DNA of 64,000 bases from an uncultured Planctomycetota bacterium (GCA_963823665.1 CAWGMQ010000010.1:1280001-1344000), one strand, 5' to 3'. Counted from the stretch's first letter, positions 1 to 12,043 are shown. A program made the numbers and translations. The notes: generated by a model not told the origin, from the letters alone.

Positions 1-1266
1 AGATCGACTTTGACCGCTGGAGCGGCGAGACTCCGTACGAAGATCTGCGCGTTCCAGGAAGAGGATCTCCTCGCCACATTCGCCGGCCGCGTGCGAAAAT
101 TTATGGGCGATGCCGTGCCGGAGCAGGTGCTCGACCACTTCTGGCCAAAAGTGCTCGCCCGGCGCGGCGAAACCGCGTCGCTCGGAGAGCGGTTCTCGCT
201 CGCCCGGCGCGAGGTCGAAGCATCTTGGGGCCTCTCCAATCTCGAGGTTCCCTTGAGCAGCGTCTGCCAGACAGACGGTTTCTCGTGGTTCGTGTGCCAC
301 CTGCTGGCCCATCTGCCTCGATACGTACAGATCCACAACCAGGCGCTCCAGGAATATCGTCTGGGGCACGGAATTCGCAGCAAGAACCACCCCGTCGCGG
401 CGCTGGCCACGCAAGGCGAATGGCTCGAAGCCCCGTTCTGGGTCTGGCGCAGGTCGCGCCCCAGACGCCGTGGCCTGCTGGCACGCTTCCGCGGCCGTGA
501 AATCGATCTCCGGATCGCGGGCGAGAACGAGGTCCTCCTCGAGCTCCCACTCGGCCCTGACCGCGAGGCCTGCTGCGCCGTGGAGCGATTGCGCGACCTC
601 CCCGGGCAGTCGGTCCGGCTCCGCACCCGGGCACTCACGACCACGCTCTTCAGCCGGTTTCTGCTCGGAGACCTGTTCATCCACGGTATCGGTGGATCCA
701 AATACGACGAGCTTGGCGACGAGATCGCCCGTCGCTTCCTCGGGATCGAGCCCCCCACTTTTCTCACCGTTTCGCTCACTCAAAGGCTCGGCCTTCCCGA
801 GGATTCCACCGCGACCGATCCGTCCGAGCTGCTCCGCCGTATCCGCTCGCTCCACCACAACCCGGACCGCTATTTGCATGAACCCTACCCCGACGAGCTA
901 CGTATCTTGATCAGGCACAAGCAAGAGCTGATCGCAGCGCCCGTGTCTACCCATAGGGAACGCAAGAACAGGTGTATCGCCATCAGGGCGTGCAACCTGG
1001 CGATGCAGCCCTGGGTTCGCGGGTTGGAAGCCGGTCTGCTTGAGCAAAAGCGGAGTGCCGAGTTGCGGCGGCGCTCGAACCGCACCGCCCGCAGCCGCGA
1101 TTACGCGTACGTCTTGCACTCCGCCGAGAAGCTGACGCGGAGCTTCGACTCGGGTGTCTCTTCGATTCTCGCCCCGCTGGCGCCGGCTTCCTCGCCGCCG
1201 GTCACGCGGCCGTCCTTCGGTGGCCCTTTGGCGGGAACTGCCGTACCGTCCTGGCACCGCGAATAG
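1..1266 (+). CDS. Conserved hypothetical protein, 5'-truncated by the window edge; possibly distantly BshC-like
   Basis: Frame is open from position 1. The segment LRTRALTTTLFSRFLLGDLFIHGIGGSKYD followed by a helical region loosely resembles the BshC C-terminal core. The family call is inference. Confidence 0.5.
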   Translation, partial: RSTLTAGAARLRTKICAFQEEDLLATFAGRVRKFMGDAVPEQVLDHFWPKVLARRGETASLGERFSLARREVEASWGLSNLEVPLSSVCQTDGFSWFVCHLLAHLPRYVQIHNQALQEYRLGHGIRSKNHPVAALATQGEWLEAPFWVWRRSRPRRRGLLARFRGREIDLRIAGENEVLLELPLGPDREACCAVERLRDLPGQSVRLRTRALTTTLFSRFLLGDLFIHGIGGSKYDELGDEIARRFLGIEPPTFLTVSLTQRLGLPEDSTATDPSELLRRIRSLHHNPDRYLHEPYPDELRILIRHKQELIAAPVSTHRERKNRCIAIRACNLAMQPWVRGLEAGLLEQKRSAELRRRSNRTARSRDYAYVLHSAEKLTRSFDSGVSSILAPLAPASSPPVTRPSFGGPLAGTAVPSWHRE

Positions 1267-1370
1267 CCGTTCGCCAGAAGTGCTCACGGAAATCTAATAC
1301 TGGTAAGGTTTTATAAAAAACAGGCCCGCGAGTTTCTTCACTGAAGCATCACACGCACAGAGCCCGTACA

Positions 1371-2732
1371 ATGAAAACCAAAGGAAGTCCGATCGAGAGG
1401 CTCGAGCGCCCGCGGACGTTTACCAATCCCAGCCGTGTGAGTTCCGTCTCTAGGATTGCTGAACTGATGAAAGCCCCCGCGCCGGGAACGCGCCTCCCTT
1501 TTCGCCGCGGTTCGGTCGAGTACTGTCTCGGAACCGAAGCCGATCAGGAAGCGGTTTACCAGACGTTGCTTCATGTCTTCCATGGGCCCGATCGCGACTC
1601 GTTCCTGGGCGCGATCAACGACCCGTCCTATCGCCCCGACCAGCGCATCCTTGCCAAGGTCGATGGCCGGATCGTCAGCCATCTTCATTTGACCGAGCGG
1701 CTCGTCCGTTTCGGCTCCGTGACCATCCCCATCAACGGCGTCATGTGGGTTGGCACGCTCCCCGAATTTCGCGGGATGGGTTTCGCGCAGAATCTGATGC
1801 GGCTCGCGAGCCAGCGTGGCAAGGAGAGCGGCGTTGCCGTCCAGGTCTTGACGACCGGCATGCCGCAGTTCTATCAGCCGCTCGGCTGGGGCATCTGCGG
1901 GCGTCAGACGACGGCTCAGACCATGAGCCGCAATCTGCCGCAGGTGGCCGACGGCCTGGTCGAAGGCAAGGCGTCCTGGCAGGTGCGGCCCTGGCGCCAG
2001 GTCGAGCTCGGCGATTTGATGTCCCTTTACGACATCGAATACTCACGCAGCACCGGCTCGGTCGTTCGCAGCGAAGAATACTGGCGCTGGATGATCGGCC
2101 GTCGTTATGCTCATGTGATCTGGGTTGCCTGCCTGGGTGAGGCTGTCAAGGGTTACGCCTTCATCAAGGACCACAAGATCCTCGAGATCGCCTCCGATCC
2201 CGCTTTTCCGCAGGCGCTGAAAGCGTTGCTCGGCCGCGTCCGAGCCGAGGCGCTCGAGCGGGCTTATCCCGAGGTGACCGTCTCCGCACCGTCGAATCAC
2301 CCCGTGATCGAGCAGATGCGCGCTGCCTCGGGACGTGTCTCCGATCAAGATCTTTACGACGGCACGGCCTCGATGTACCACATCCCCGACCTCGGCACGT
2401 TCTTGAAGTGCATCCTCCCCGAGCTCGGGCGCCGTGCCACCGAGGCCAAATGCCAGCTCCCACTCGAGCTCGGGATCAGTCAAGACGACGAGCGCTGGCT
2501 GATCCACATCCAGGGCAAACACTCCCGTATCGAGCCCGACAAGCTCAGCCGCCGGCACTTGAGTCTCAAGGCGCCTGCCCTCGTACGGCTGTTGATGGGC
2601 CACACCGGAGTCGACTCCGCAGCCGAGGACGACAGCTTCGTCGCCTCGACCGCCACCGCCCTCGAAGTGGCCCGCATCCTCTTCCCGGCCGGCCCCGTCT
2701 GGCGCAGCCCGCTGGACGGCGGCACCGCCTGA
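1371..2732 (+). CDS. GNAT N-acetyltransferase, Eis-like (tandem GNAT plus SCP2-like C-terminus)
   Basis: Acetyl-CoA motif VGTLPEFRGMGFAQNLM and FYQPLGW; C-terminal 'ALVRLLMG...ARILFP' typical of Eis-type proteins. Confidence 0.8.
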   Translation: MKTKGSPIERLERPRTFTNPSRVSSVSRIAELMKAPAPGTRLPFRRGSVEYCLGTEADQEAVYQTLLHVFHGPDRDSFLGAINDPSYRPDQRILAKVDGRIVSHLHLTERLVRFGSVTIPINGVMWVGTLPEFRGMGFAQNLMRLASQRGKESGVAVQVLTTGMPQFYQPLGWGICGRQTTAQTMSRNLPQVADGLVEGKASWQVRPWRQVELGDLMSLYDIEYSRSTGSVVRSEEYWRWMIGRRYAHVIWVACLGEAVKGYAFIKDHKILEIASDPAFPQALKALLGRVRAEALERAYPEVTVSAPSNHPVIEQMRAASGRVSDQDLYDGTASMYHIPDLGTFLKCILPELGRRATEAKCQLPLELGISQDDERWLIHIQGKHSRIEPDKLSRRHLSLKAPALVRLLMGHTGVDSAAEDDSFVASTATALEVARILFPAGPVWRSPLDGGTA

Positions 2733-2759
2733 ATATCGCAAGTCGCGGAAAAACAAGTC

Positions 2760-3776
2760 ATGAAACGCGCGCTCATCACCGGGGTCACCGGCCAGGACGG
2801 CTCGTATCTCGCCGAGTTCCTCCTCGGCAAACCCGAATACGAGGTGCACGGACTGGTTCGTCGCTCGAGCAGCTTGAACCGCCAGCGAATCGATCATCTC
2901 TTCACCCTCGATCCCTCCATCGGCGAGCGTTTTCATCTTCACTACGCAGACCTCGCCGACGCGTCCAGCCTCGCGATGGTCATGGAGCTCATCCGACCCG
3001 ACGAAGTCTATAACCTGGGCGCCCAGAGCCACGTCCGCGTCTCCTTCGATCAACCCCTCTACACGGCCGACGTCGTCGGCCTGGGCACCCTGCGCATTCT
3101 CGAAGCCGTTCGCCACCTGAACCGATCCATGCCCGTGAAGTTCTATCAGGCCTCGAGCTCCGAGATGTTCGGCGCGGCACCGCCGCCCCAGGGGCTCGAT
3201 ACACCCTTCCACCCCCGCAGTCCCTATGGCTGTGCCAAGCTCTACGGTCACTGGCAAACCATAAACTACCGCGAGGCCTACGGACTCTTCGCTTGTTCCG
3301 GAATTCTGTTCAACCACGAAAGCCCCCGCCGCGGCGAGTCGTTCGTCACCCGCAAAGTCACACTCGGCGCCGCGCGAATCAAAGAAGGCCTCCAGAAGAA
3401 GCTCATGATGGGTAACCTTGACTCCAGCCGCGACTGGGGATTCGCTGGCGATTACGTCCGCGCCATGTGGCTCATGCTCCAGCAGCACCAACCCGCCGAC
3501 TACGTCGTCGCGACCGGCGAAACCCACTCGATCCGCGAGCTGCTCGAGCTGGCGTTCTCGATCGTCGGTCTCGACTATCGCGATTTCGTCGAATTTGACC
3601 CCAAGTACACCCGTCCCTCGGAAGTCGACGTGCTCCAGGGTGACCCGACCAAAGCCCGCCAGAGCCTCGGCTGGGATCCCACGGTCAACTTCCGCGGCCT
3701 GATCAAATTGATGATCGAATCCGACCTCGAGCAAGCCCGCCGCGAGAACTACAGCCGGGGCTTCCGGCCTCGCTAA
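2760..3776 (+). CDS. gmd: GDP-mannose 4,6-dehydratase
   Basis: [64 protein letters not shown]. Confidence 0.97.
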   Translation: MKRALITGVTGQDGSYLAEFLLGKPEYEVHGLVRRSSSLNRQRIDHLFTLDPSIGERFHLHYADLADASSLAMVMELIRPDEVYNLGAQSHVRVSFDQPLYTADVVGLGTLRILEAVRHLNRSMPVKFYQASSSEMFGAAPPPQGLDTPFHPRSPYGCAKLYGHWQTINYREAYGLFACSGILFNHESPRRGESFVTRKVTLGAARIKEGLQKKLMMGNLDSSRDWGFAGDYVRAMWLMLQQHQPADYVVATGETHSIRELLELAFSIVGLDYRDFVEFDPKYTRPSEVDVLQGDPTKARQSLGWDPTVNFRGLIKLMIESDLEQARRENYSRGFRPR

Positions 3777-4825
3777 TTCGACAGCGCACCCTTGGCCGTT
3801 CTGTAAACGTCCTCGATGATGCGGTCGAGGTCATACGTCAGATCCCAGCTCGGGTAGTGCTGGCGAAGCTTTGCCAGGTTTGTGATGTAGCAGATGTGGT
3901 CCCCGACTCTCGGCGTGGGGTCAAAGGTCGTCGGAATCTCCCGGCCGTTAATCTGGCCGACCCGATCGAGCAATTCGACCAACGACGCCGCGTTGCCACG
4001 GCCGCCACCGAGGTTATACACTTCCCCGGGGCGAGGGTTTTCGTAAAACGCCTCGAAAGCCCGGATCACGTCCTCGCTGTGGATCTGATCCCGGACCTGC
4101 TTCCCCTTGTAGCCGATAATGTTGTATGTCTCGCCCCGCAGCGCAACCCGCACCATGTACGCGAGAAAACCGTGTAGCGCAACCGCGCTGTGAAACGGGC
4201 CGGTGAGGCAGCCGCCGCGGAAGACGCCCGTCTTCATGCCGAAGTACCGGCCGTACTCCTGAGTCATCACGTCACCAGCCAGCTTGCTGACACCGAAGAG
4301 GCTGTGCGTGCAGCGGTCGACCCGGCATGTTTCATCGATACCTTCGTGGTCCTTGGGATCCGCGTAGTCGTATCGTGTCTCCTGCTCAATGAGCGGAAGC
4401 TCATTCGGCACGTCACCGTAAACCTTGTTCGTGCTCATGAGAATGAACACTGACTCGGGCACGTGCAGGCGGGTCGCCTCCAGCAGGTTGAGCGTGCCGC
4501 CGGCGTTCACGTCGAAGTCGTCGAAGGGACGCGATTTCGCCAGGTCGTGCGACGGCTGGGCGGCACAGTGAATGATCAGGTCGGGCCGGATGTCCTTGAA
4601 CGCCCGGAACATCGCCTCGCGATCGCGGATGTCCAGCGTGTGATGTTCGAAATTGCGGCAAGTCTCCTGAAGGTGCCGAAGCGTCCAGCTCGTGTCTCCA
4701 CCGGGCCCGAAGAAGTCGGCCCGCATGTTGTTGTCGATTCCGTGAACCCGTGACCCACGATGGTCGAAATAGCGAACGGCCTCCGAGCCAATCAGCCCAC
4801 TGCTTCCGGTGACGAGCACTTTCAA
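3773..4825 (-). CDS. NAD-dependent epimerase/dehydratase (CDP-paratose 2-epimerase-like)
   Basis: GSSGLIG Rossmann motif, [31 protein letters not shown]. Confidence 0.9.
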   Translation of the reverse strand: MKVLVTGSSGLIGSEAVRYFDHRGSRVHGIDNNMRADFFGPGGDTSWTLRHLQETCRNFEHHTLDIRDREAMFRAFKDIRPDLIIHCAAQPSHDLAKSRPFDDFDVNAGGTLNLLEATRLHVPESVFILMSTNKVYGDVPNELPLIEQETRYDYADPKDHEGIDETCRVDRCTHSLFGVSKLAGDVMTQEYGRYFGMKTGVFRGGCLTGPFHSAVALHGFLAYMVRVALRGETYNIIGYKGKQVRDQIHSEDVIRAFEAFYENPRPGEVYNLGGGRGNAASLVELLDRVGQINGREIPTTFDPTPRVGDHICYITNLAKLRQHYPSWDLTYDLDRIIEDVYRTAKGALSN

Positions 4826-4867
4826 GAGACGATCCTCCTCGCCGTGACTGACGGCCCCGTTTCGACC

Positions 4868-6466
4868 TCACAAAGCCCCGTCGCTCGCCGGCGTGACCTT
4901 CACCTGCGCCGCCGGCTTCCGAGGCAACTCCCGGGTGCCGAAGCGCGACCTCCAGGCCAGGCTGGCCAGGATCTTGGCGTAGCCCACTCCATTCTTGAAC
5001 AGCGAGAAGCTCGACGCCCCCATCTCAGGCGTGCGGTTGATCCATGAGATGGCGACACGGCGGACATCGTAGCCCATCAGGATCGGCTTCAGTCCGGTCT
5101 CCGCGTTCGCTGCAAACCAGGCAGATTCCAGGTCAAGGCTCTCGACGACTTCGCGCCGCAAGAGTTTCAAGTTGTTCGTCACGTCTCGCATCTTGCGGCG
5201 GAATATGATGTGCAGCAACAGGTGGAACGATCGGTTGCAGAGGATCTTCATGAGCGGGTAGTTGATCAGCACGCTCGATCGCGAGAAGCGACTCCCCAGA
5301 ACAACATCGGCGCCGGCAGCAGCCTCGTCGAACATGTCGCGCAGCTCGGGCAGGATATGCAAGAAATCACAGTCCATGGAGAGGACATAGCGCCCCGTCG
5401 CCGCCTTGAGCCCCTCGGAGATCGCGCGGCCGACACCATTGGGCGGCTCGCGAAACAGGGGCCGCACCCTTCTATCGTACTCTGCCAGCTCCCGCATGAT
5501 TTGCCGGCTGCGATCCTTGCTGTTGTCGTCGACCAGGATGATCTCGTGGATGTACTCGTCGTAGTGCTTCAGCAGCCCTTCGACCAGCGGGCCGAGATTC
5601 ATTTCCTCGTTGTAACAAGGCACGACGACCGACACCGCTCCGTGCAGTGTGTCGTGCTCGGTCAAACGCACCGATGGCCTGGGAAGACCACGCGGCGGCT
5701 TCTGCGCGTGGAGGAGAATCGTCCCCGCCAGCCGCTTGATCCCCGGCGTCGTTTCCATGATCAAGGAAAGCGGCCTCATGACCGGCAGCGACCAGCGTGG
5801 AACCGGCCGGTAAAGGAAGTCGTAGCAGGTCGTCATGATGCTCACGAAGCCCAGCTCCGAAAGGAGCTCGTAAAGCTGGACTCGGTTGTGCATCAGCCGT
5901 TCGTCGCCTCGGCGAATGAACGGAAGCACCTTGCCGATCGTCCTCCGCATCTGGAACATCGGGTTCCAGGGGTTGGTCTCGAAGAATAAAAGCCTGCCCC
6001 CCGGCTTGAGGAGCTTTTGCACCTCGGTGAGCAGCGGAGCGGCGCAGGCGTGGTCCAGCACGTTGCTGGCGATCACGTAGTCAAACTCGCGGCCTCCCAG
6101 CTCGCCGGGGAACCCACTCAACTGCACCCCTTCGGTCGATTGCAGCGAGCTTGACAGCCACGACAAATCATTCTGCGGGTCGAAGGTCGCCGCCGTGATC
6201 GGGCACTCCCCCCGAGAAACTCCCTCAATCGCGTGAGTGAGCGTGCCCGAGCCGCATGCCAGCTCGAGAACAGTCTCCCCGGGCAGCAGGTGCAGCATGT
6301 GCCGCGCTGTCGTGGCCCTCCACCAGACCCGCATCTCAGCCAGATTGTCCTTGCGCGTCCAGTACCAGTCGGAGACACGCTCACGGTCCGCGATCGACCG
6401 CATCGCCAAGCGCGACACCGCGCTCGACTCCACCGGGGGCGGTGCGAGCGGATTCTTCTCGAGCAT
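4868..6466 (-). CDS. Class I SAM methyltransferase fused to a family 2 glycosyltransferase
   Basis: N-terminal VLELACGSG and LLKPGGRL; C-terminal VSVVVPCYNEE, VDDNSKD, MDCD, GSRF. Start chosen at the ATG at 6466, downstream of a GGAGG-like RBS. Confidence 0.88.
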   Translation of the reverse strand: MLEKNPLAPPPVESSAVSRLAMRSIADRERVSDWYWTRKDNLAEMRVWWRATTARHMLHLLPGETVLELACGSGTLTHAIEGVSRGECPITAATFDPQNDLSWLSSSLQSTEGVQLSGFPGELGGREFDYVIASNVLDHACAAPLLTEVQKLLKPGGRLLFFETNPWNPMFQMRRTIGKVLPFIRRGDERLMHNRVQLYELLSELGFVSIMTTCYDFLYRPVPRWSLPVMRPLSLIMETTPGIKRLAGTILLHAQKPPRGLPRPSVRLTEHDTLHGAVSVVVPCYNEEMNLGPLVEGLLKHYDEYIHEIILVDDNSKDRSRQIMRELAEYDRRVRPLFREPPNGVGRAISEGLKAATGRYVLSMDCDFLHILPELRDMFDEAAAGADVVLGSRFSRSSVLINYPLMKILCNRSFHLLLHIIFRRKMRDVTNNLKLLRREVVESLDLESAWFAANAETGLKPILMGYDVRRVAISWINRTPEMGASSFSLFKNGVGYAKILASLAWRSRFGTRELPRKPAAQVKVTPASDGAL

Positions 6467-6682
6467 CAGCAAAACCCCTCCCGAATGACTGGCCCAGTTG
6501 TACCTAAATGATATGTCTCGAACCGCGAATTCGCAATACGCGTCAAGGTGCTCATCGCCTGCACATCCGTAGTGCGGACCACTCGCGATGGTTATGATTG
6601 TGTCCTTGATCAAACTGCCCAGATCACGCGGAATCTCGCCATCAGGGCCGGCCGGTCCTCGTTCCGAAGCTCAGAGCAAGTG

Positions 6683-8253
6683 ATGAATTCGGAATCCTCC
6701 GACGCACTCGATCGTTCCCCTTCTACTTCGACCCCCTCTCCTGGCGACCAGGCCTCGCAGGCCCCGCCCAATCCCTTCCGGCTCCGTACGCTGACGATCC
6801 TGTTCATGGCAGAGGCGCTGGTGCTCGCACTGGTCCAGTTGCCGCTGACATTGGACTTTAATTCCATCATTCACGCGGACCAAGGGGCGAATCTCACCGT
6901 CCAGAAGCTACTTGACCGAGGCCGGATCCCGATCATTGATTTCGGCTACCCGTATGGCTTGCTTCCGCTACTCATCGGTCGGTCGTGGTTTGCGCTGTTC
7001 GGCAGAACGCCCGCGGCTTATGCAGCGGCGATGTTCGTCGTCGATCTGCTGATCGCCTGGGGCTTGGCCCGCTGTGCCTATGCCTTGCGGTCGGGACCGG
7101 TGGGCATCGCCCTCTTCGTCTGCACAATGCTCTCGACCGCCCTCTGCTCCTACATCAACCTGGCGCATGCCTGCGAAGCCGTGCTGATCTGTCACGCGCT
7201 AGCCGCGCACGCCAGCGGCCGCCGGCCGCGTGCCCTGGCGCTCTTGACGGCAGCCCTTTTCATCAAGCCCGTGATGGCCTACGTCTACGGGTTCTTGATC
7301 ATCATCCTCATCGCGCGAGTGCGCGGCTGCGAGATCTCCTGCGGTCGCTGGTGCCCTCGGCACTGACTGGAATCTTGCTTTTTGTCACACTGGCCGCCTG
7401 GTTCGGGATTGCCCTGGTGATCCAGTCACTCCTGCCGGTGCGCGGAGCCGACAACTACAAGCAGTTGAACTACGGGTTCTTCTTCGGGATCGGCCGCAGG
7501 TTCTGGCTTCCGGACGACCTATCGCCGAGGTTCTACATCTTTTCGCCCGCCGGGCACTACCTCGTTGGCTCGGTCGTCCTGCTTGCCGCCGCGGTTGCCT
7601 CGGGCTGGCGGCTCGTTCGGAAGTCCGCGTCCCTGAGCGACTCGAACGCCGAGGTCGTCGCGTGCTGCGGTATCATGCATTTGAGCTTTCTGACCCTGTT
7701 CTACGGCGATCGCGCCTCCTGGACGTACTATTACTACATCTTGATCATCGGCTTGGCGGCGATGGCAACCCGCGGCCGCGGCTGGGCCGTTCTGGTCGCC
7801 CTGATCACCATCGCGTCCATGGCCGTCTTCAAGGACTGGGGCGGCTATCTCAGGAAGCAGTGGCGCGACAAGACTCACGCTGCCGATACGTTCGGGCTCT
7901 GGGCCGACACCCCTTCCCGTGAGGAATGGCGGCAGGTCAGACAGGTCATCCGCGACAAACCCGCTGTGTACCTCACAAGTGGCGGTGGTTGCCTTGAATT
8001 ATTCATGCCGCAGTTTGCCGACTCGGAAGACATGTTTTTCACTCCCGGCTACCCGACACCCAAAGAGCTCGATCGCAGGCTAGAGCAGATCGCCGGCACC
8101 GAGGTCGTCTTGATCAGAAAAATGATCAACGTCAGAAATTTCCTCGATGTCTGGCCCGAAATCCGCAACGCCTTGGCCGGTTTCGATCTGGTCGCATCCA
8201 CCGAGCGTTATCTGATCTATCAACGTTCACCCCGAGACAAGCCGTCAAACTGA
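6683..8253 (+). CDS. Multi-pass membrane protein (possible GT-C type glycosyltransferase), one frameshift near 7320
   Basis: ORF 6548-7366 (DFGYPYGLLP plus TM helices) continues as hydrophobic helices in the frame of ORF 6985-8253 from RDLLRSLVPSALTG. Confidence 0.6.
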
Positions 8254-8342
8254 GTCGCCGCGCTCGCCTGCCCCACTGTCGCCCTTCGCGCCGCGCAGGG
8301 ATTCCCGTAGACAAGCCGTCAAGCTGAGTCGCCGCGCTCGCC
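8235..8342. repeat. 34-bp direct repeat (33/34 identical) at the junction of two convergent genes
   Basis: agacaagccgtcaa(a/g)ctgagtcgccgcgctcgcc at 8235-8268 and 8309-8342. Confidence 0.9.
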
Positions 8343-9347
8343 GTGCGATTGGATGAACTTCCTCACTGACGGCGAAATGAGGTAGATCGAGACCAGCGCG
8401 TACACGAGGATCAGGCCAATCCCGATCATGATCCGCTTCAGGTCGATCCGGTCCTCGAACGGCCGGATCCCGACAGTCGCGTCGTCGGCGTTCTCCTCCG
8501 GAGCGACCGAGTTGACGTTCACAATGTTTTCCTGGTCCTGCATGAACGGCTGCAAGAGCGGAAGTGCGATCAAGGTCATCACGTCGACAATCGCGCCGAG
8601 TGTCAGTGCAACGAGCAACAGTTTGACCGATTTGCCGCGGATGAATTGCACGGCCGCGTAGATCCCAAATCCCGAAACCATGCCTAGCGCCAGCCAGGAG
8701 AGCAGTTCGATCGACGATTCCGCCCTGGTCGAGCTGATGAGGGCGAGAATCATGAGGACGAGGCTGCCGGCGATGACCAGTATTCCCGTGATCGAGACAC
8801 CGGCCGGCGCCCCCGGAGGCGCTGGCGGCGGCCCGGGCGCCAGATCATCCTCGAGACCAACGCGAAGACCAGTCTCCTGATCGGTGCCGCACACCGAACA
8901 GATCGACATTCCTCGTGGTACCCCGGTGCCGCACGTAACGCACCGCCTCGTCTGGCTTCGCGCCTCGGCCGCAGTTTGCCGGCGCCTGGCCGGCCGGTCG
9001 TCGAAAAGGGCCGCGGCGTCGGCGGCTTGCGAGCCGCGGCCAGCGTCGTTGCGCTCCATATCGCGAGCGCTTCCCAGGGTGAGTGGCAGGTCAAAAGCCT
9101 CGCGGAGGTCGCCCCCGCCCAGCGATGGCGGCAGATCCTCGGGCACTAGCCGGGCCTTCTGCAGATCGAACGCGGAAGCCGCCGTCGCGTCATCCATTCC
9201 GGGCGCCGTCGACGCCGAGCTCGCGTCCTTTTCAGTGACCGAGAACTTGCTTCCGCACCGTGGGCACTTGAATTTCTTGCCGGGTTTGATCCCCGGCGGA
9301 AGATTCAAAATGCTGCCGCACCAGTTGCACTGGGTGGTCTGGGGCAT
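8319..9347 (-). CDS. Zinc-ribbon membrane protein
   Basis: CNWC/CPRC and CVTC/CSVC pairs followed by four TM segments; likely start MPQTTQC. Confidence 0.75.
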   Translation of the reverse strand: MPQTTQCNWCGSILNLPPGIKPGKKFKCPRCGSKFSVTEKDASSASTAPGMDDATAASAFDLQKARLVPEDLPPSLGGGDLREAFDLPLTLGSARDMERNDAGRGSQAADAAALFDDRPARRRQTAAEARSQTRRCVTCGTGVPRGMSICSVCGTDQETGLRVGLEDDLAPGPPPAPPGAPAGVSITGILVIAGSLVLMILALISSTRAESSIELLSWLALGMVSGFGIYAAVQFIRGKSVKLLLVALTLGAIVDVMTLIALPLLQPFMQDQENIVNVNSVAPEENADDATVGIRPFEDRIDLKRIMIGIGLILVYALVSIYLISPSVRKFIQSHGERGDSA

Positions 9348-9495
9348 AAATCGTTGAGGCCCGCTCCGGTAAGCTCGCGTCGGTCGTTGCCATACGAATT
9401 GCACCCGCGCGATTAAACAACTCGAGCGCGAGAGATTGTGCCAGCGCCGTTCATTGTGGCGGACAAAGCCAGGTACTGTCAATTTCGGCATTCCT

Positions 9496-9656
9496 TCCGC
9501 TCGCCGCATCCTCAAGCAAGCGGGACCCTTCCCCCCCCGTTGCCAAGGGGGGGCTAGAGGGGGCTGAAGGGCGTCACCCGCCAGTGATCCGCTCGCCGCG
9601 CCCTCAAGCAAGCGGGAGCCCCGCGCTCACTTTCCCCCCCCTTGCGAAGGGGGGGT
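9496..9656. repeat. Duplicated REP-like palindromic unit
   Basis: tccgctcgccgc..cctcaagcaagcggga at 9496-9525 and 9588-9617, each followed by a poly-C/poly-G hairpin (e.g. cccccccttgcgaagggggg). Confidence 0.7.
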
Positions 9657-10763
9657 CTGGCCCGGCGTCCGCGTACTGAGATTCGATCGACGACACCACT
9701 CCGACTCCTGCTCATACCCGTACTCCTGGTCCCACTAGTCCCGCCCGCTCCGCCGACAACTGACCACTAACAACTGACCACTGACAAGGCACGTCGTTTT
9801 GTACATTCGTCGCGCGTCCTTACGCCACAAGGACTACGGGAACGCACTCGCTCGGTCAAGGTTGCGAGCCATCGGCCGAATTCGAAGCAGAAACCCCGCC
9901 CGCGAGCACGTCGCTTTGACCCAGAATTGCCCCGGCGCGGCTTGCGAAGCGCGCCACCCCCCGAATTCAGGTCCGCGGCCCTCCTCAAGTGCAAATAAAA
10001 AAACGGCTTCGGTCGATCCAACAGCTTCTTTCCCCCTGGATCAAAATGATACCAAAGTGATAGCAATAATTGAAAATCCTCGCCTTCGTCCCAGTTCAGA
10101 GTCCGGGGCAGCGAACCCTGCACTCGACCGGCGACACGGCAAATCCACTGTGCTCAGAAAGACTGAGTGGAGATCGACGAGAAGGGTAGGAAAGCAAAGG
10201 GGAGCCGCCCATCGCGCGAGCATCGCGCGTTCGCAGACTCTTCCCTATGGATAATATGCGACGGGTTTCAGCGATCGGCATTAAAAGCGTCCAAAAAAAC
10301 TGCAATCACTCAATCGATACGACTGCAACGTCAGGACCTACGGCTTTGCGCGATTTCCATGTTAATTGTGAACACGCGGTCTAATGAAAACGGCACTCGC
10401 GGTAATCCGATCGGTCATCTAGGGGGTGCTCAGCTCCGACACACGGGGGAGGTGAAACCGGGACGCGGACGGTTTTGCGTTCGAGGGGAAGGGAAACGGG
10501 GACGCGCGCTGCACGAACGTGGCGAGCTGGATCGGACCCAGACTGGCTTACCTTACGCGGCCGTCCCCAGTTTCCGTCCCCCCCCAGAAGAAACTGGAAC
10601 CAAGCGGTCTCTAGCCGCATCCCGATCGGTGAGTAAACGGTGCAGCCATGGCGTCCGGCGGTCTGCATTTTCAACATTAAGACCGCGACGGCGTCGTCGT
10701 GTGTGAATCTCGGAGACGGTCGGGTCGTCGCGCGTGTGCGATTCACCTCGAATCGTCAGAAAA

Positions 10764-10788
10764 GAAGGTCGGACTTGAACCCACGCCC
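10764..10788 (-). repeat. Degenerate tRNA-Leu 3' (T-arm) fragment, att-like scar
   Basis: gaaggtcggacttgaacccacgccc matches 12048-12072 at 22/25. Confidence 0.65.
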
Positions 10789-10794
10789 CAGATC

Positions 10795-10879
10795 AATTGC
10801 ACTGAGTCGCGGACTAACCCTCGTGACACGGAGTGCGCGGGATTTTGGTCGATTCCCGTGTCTCGTCATCAAGGATTGA
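10795..10879 (+). pseudogene. C-terminal remnant of a VapC/PIN toxin
   Basis: IALSRGLTLVTRSARDFGRFPCLVIKD resembles the PIN C-terminal consensus (LVTxNxxDF); no N-terminus. Confidence 0.55.
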
Positions 10880-10949
10880 GCCACGCGCAACCGGAGGCCG
10901 AAATTATTTTGGCGCTGCACCGGTCGGTGTTCTCCGCGGCTCGGGAGCC

Positions 10950-11661
10950 GGGATGATTCGTCGGCTCGCGAAGGGAGGGAAACCGACGCCCGTGTTGATC
11001 GCGACGGCCATATGCACTGTCTCGATGGTCTCGGGCACGGTGAGCCGGATGGTGCAGGTTCTCGACTTTCTTCGCCAGTGAGTAGTTCGTCATGTAAATC
11101 GACCCAGTACTCCCGTGGCCGCTGACCTTCGTGGGGATCTCCTCGCCATCCGGCCCGATGAAGACGACCTTCCTGATCTCGCCCAGGGTCTGGTGATGGA
11201 ACAGTTGCTGATAGGGGGCCTTCCTCCTGGCCAAATCGAGGAGCGACGATCATCCCCGCCGCCGCGGGTTCCTTCCCGTCCGGGGCCAGGTCGGTATCCT
11301 TGTCGTCTCGGAACCTGGTGATCTTGCAGTCCTTGGCCTCCAGGCCGAGGATCAACTGATCCGGCTCGTCGAACGTGAAAGTGAGCGAGGTCCCCTCGCG
11401 AGGCGCGGCCTCGGACCCGAACCGATTCCGGCGCGGAAATCCGGGCGGCCCATCCGGCTGCCCCGGATCGGGCTTGACGACCTGGAGCCGAAGGAGCGAA
11501 ATCCGCGGTACGCCCTTGTCCTCCGCCGGCGGCTTCGCCGCGGCTCGGGCGCCGGGACGGGTCTTCTCGACCTGGGCCACGGCGGGCGACGGTGATGAGC
11601 CGAGCCAGACGGCGACACCGGCCAGACCCAGCAAACGGCCGAGACTGGTGGATTCTGGCAT
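10950..11661 (-). pseudogene. Secreted hypothetical protein, disrupted by frameshifts or deletions
   Basis: Signal peptide ending PAVAQ; coding sense shifts between ORFs 10756-11661 and 10869-11234; 3' boundary approximate. Confidence 0.5.
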
Positions 11662-12043
11662 GACTGCTACTCAATCACGCTTTCGGGCCAGGAAAACCCA
11701 CGGTGGTTCGCTCGCGGTCGTCGAAACCGCGGGCCTCAATATAGTCGGAGGCGCATGTGGCGTTCAAGCTGCGGCCCAACGAGGTCATGCTTGAGGCTAG
11801 AACCGCAGGCGTACTCAACCCGTTGCCGGTACGTCACTCGTCCCCGATGCGTCGCTCTGACCGCTCTCGCTTGGGGCTTCCACTGCCGGCGTTGCCTCGG
11901 CGTTATCATCTTCTCTGAGCGCTGCTACGGCAACTCGTTTGCAACGCCAGACACCGCTGCCGTTCAAATGTCACGGCAACGCTGCCTTCGGAATATTTCC
12001 AGCATGGCCGGTTCGCAGGCTGCAATCCGGCGTAAGTGCTGAA

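Noticed and set aside
2043..3734. 563-aa minus-strand ORF
   Set aside because: Antisense shadow of gmd and the GNAT gene in high-GC DNA; no motifs.
11780..11885. Second VapBC remnant (LVPDAS..ALAWGF)
   Set aside because: Requires a frameshift and is too short to support.
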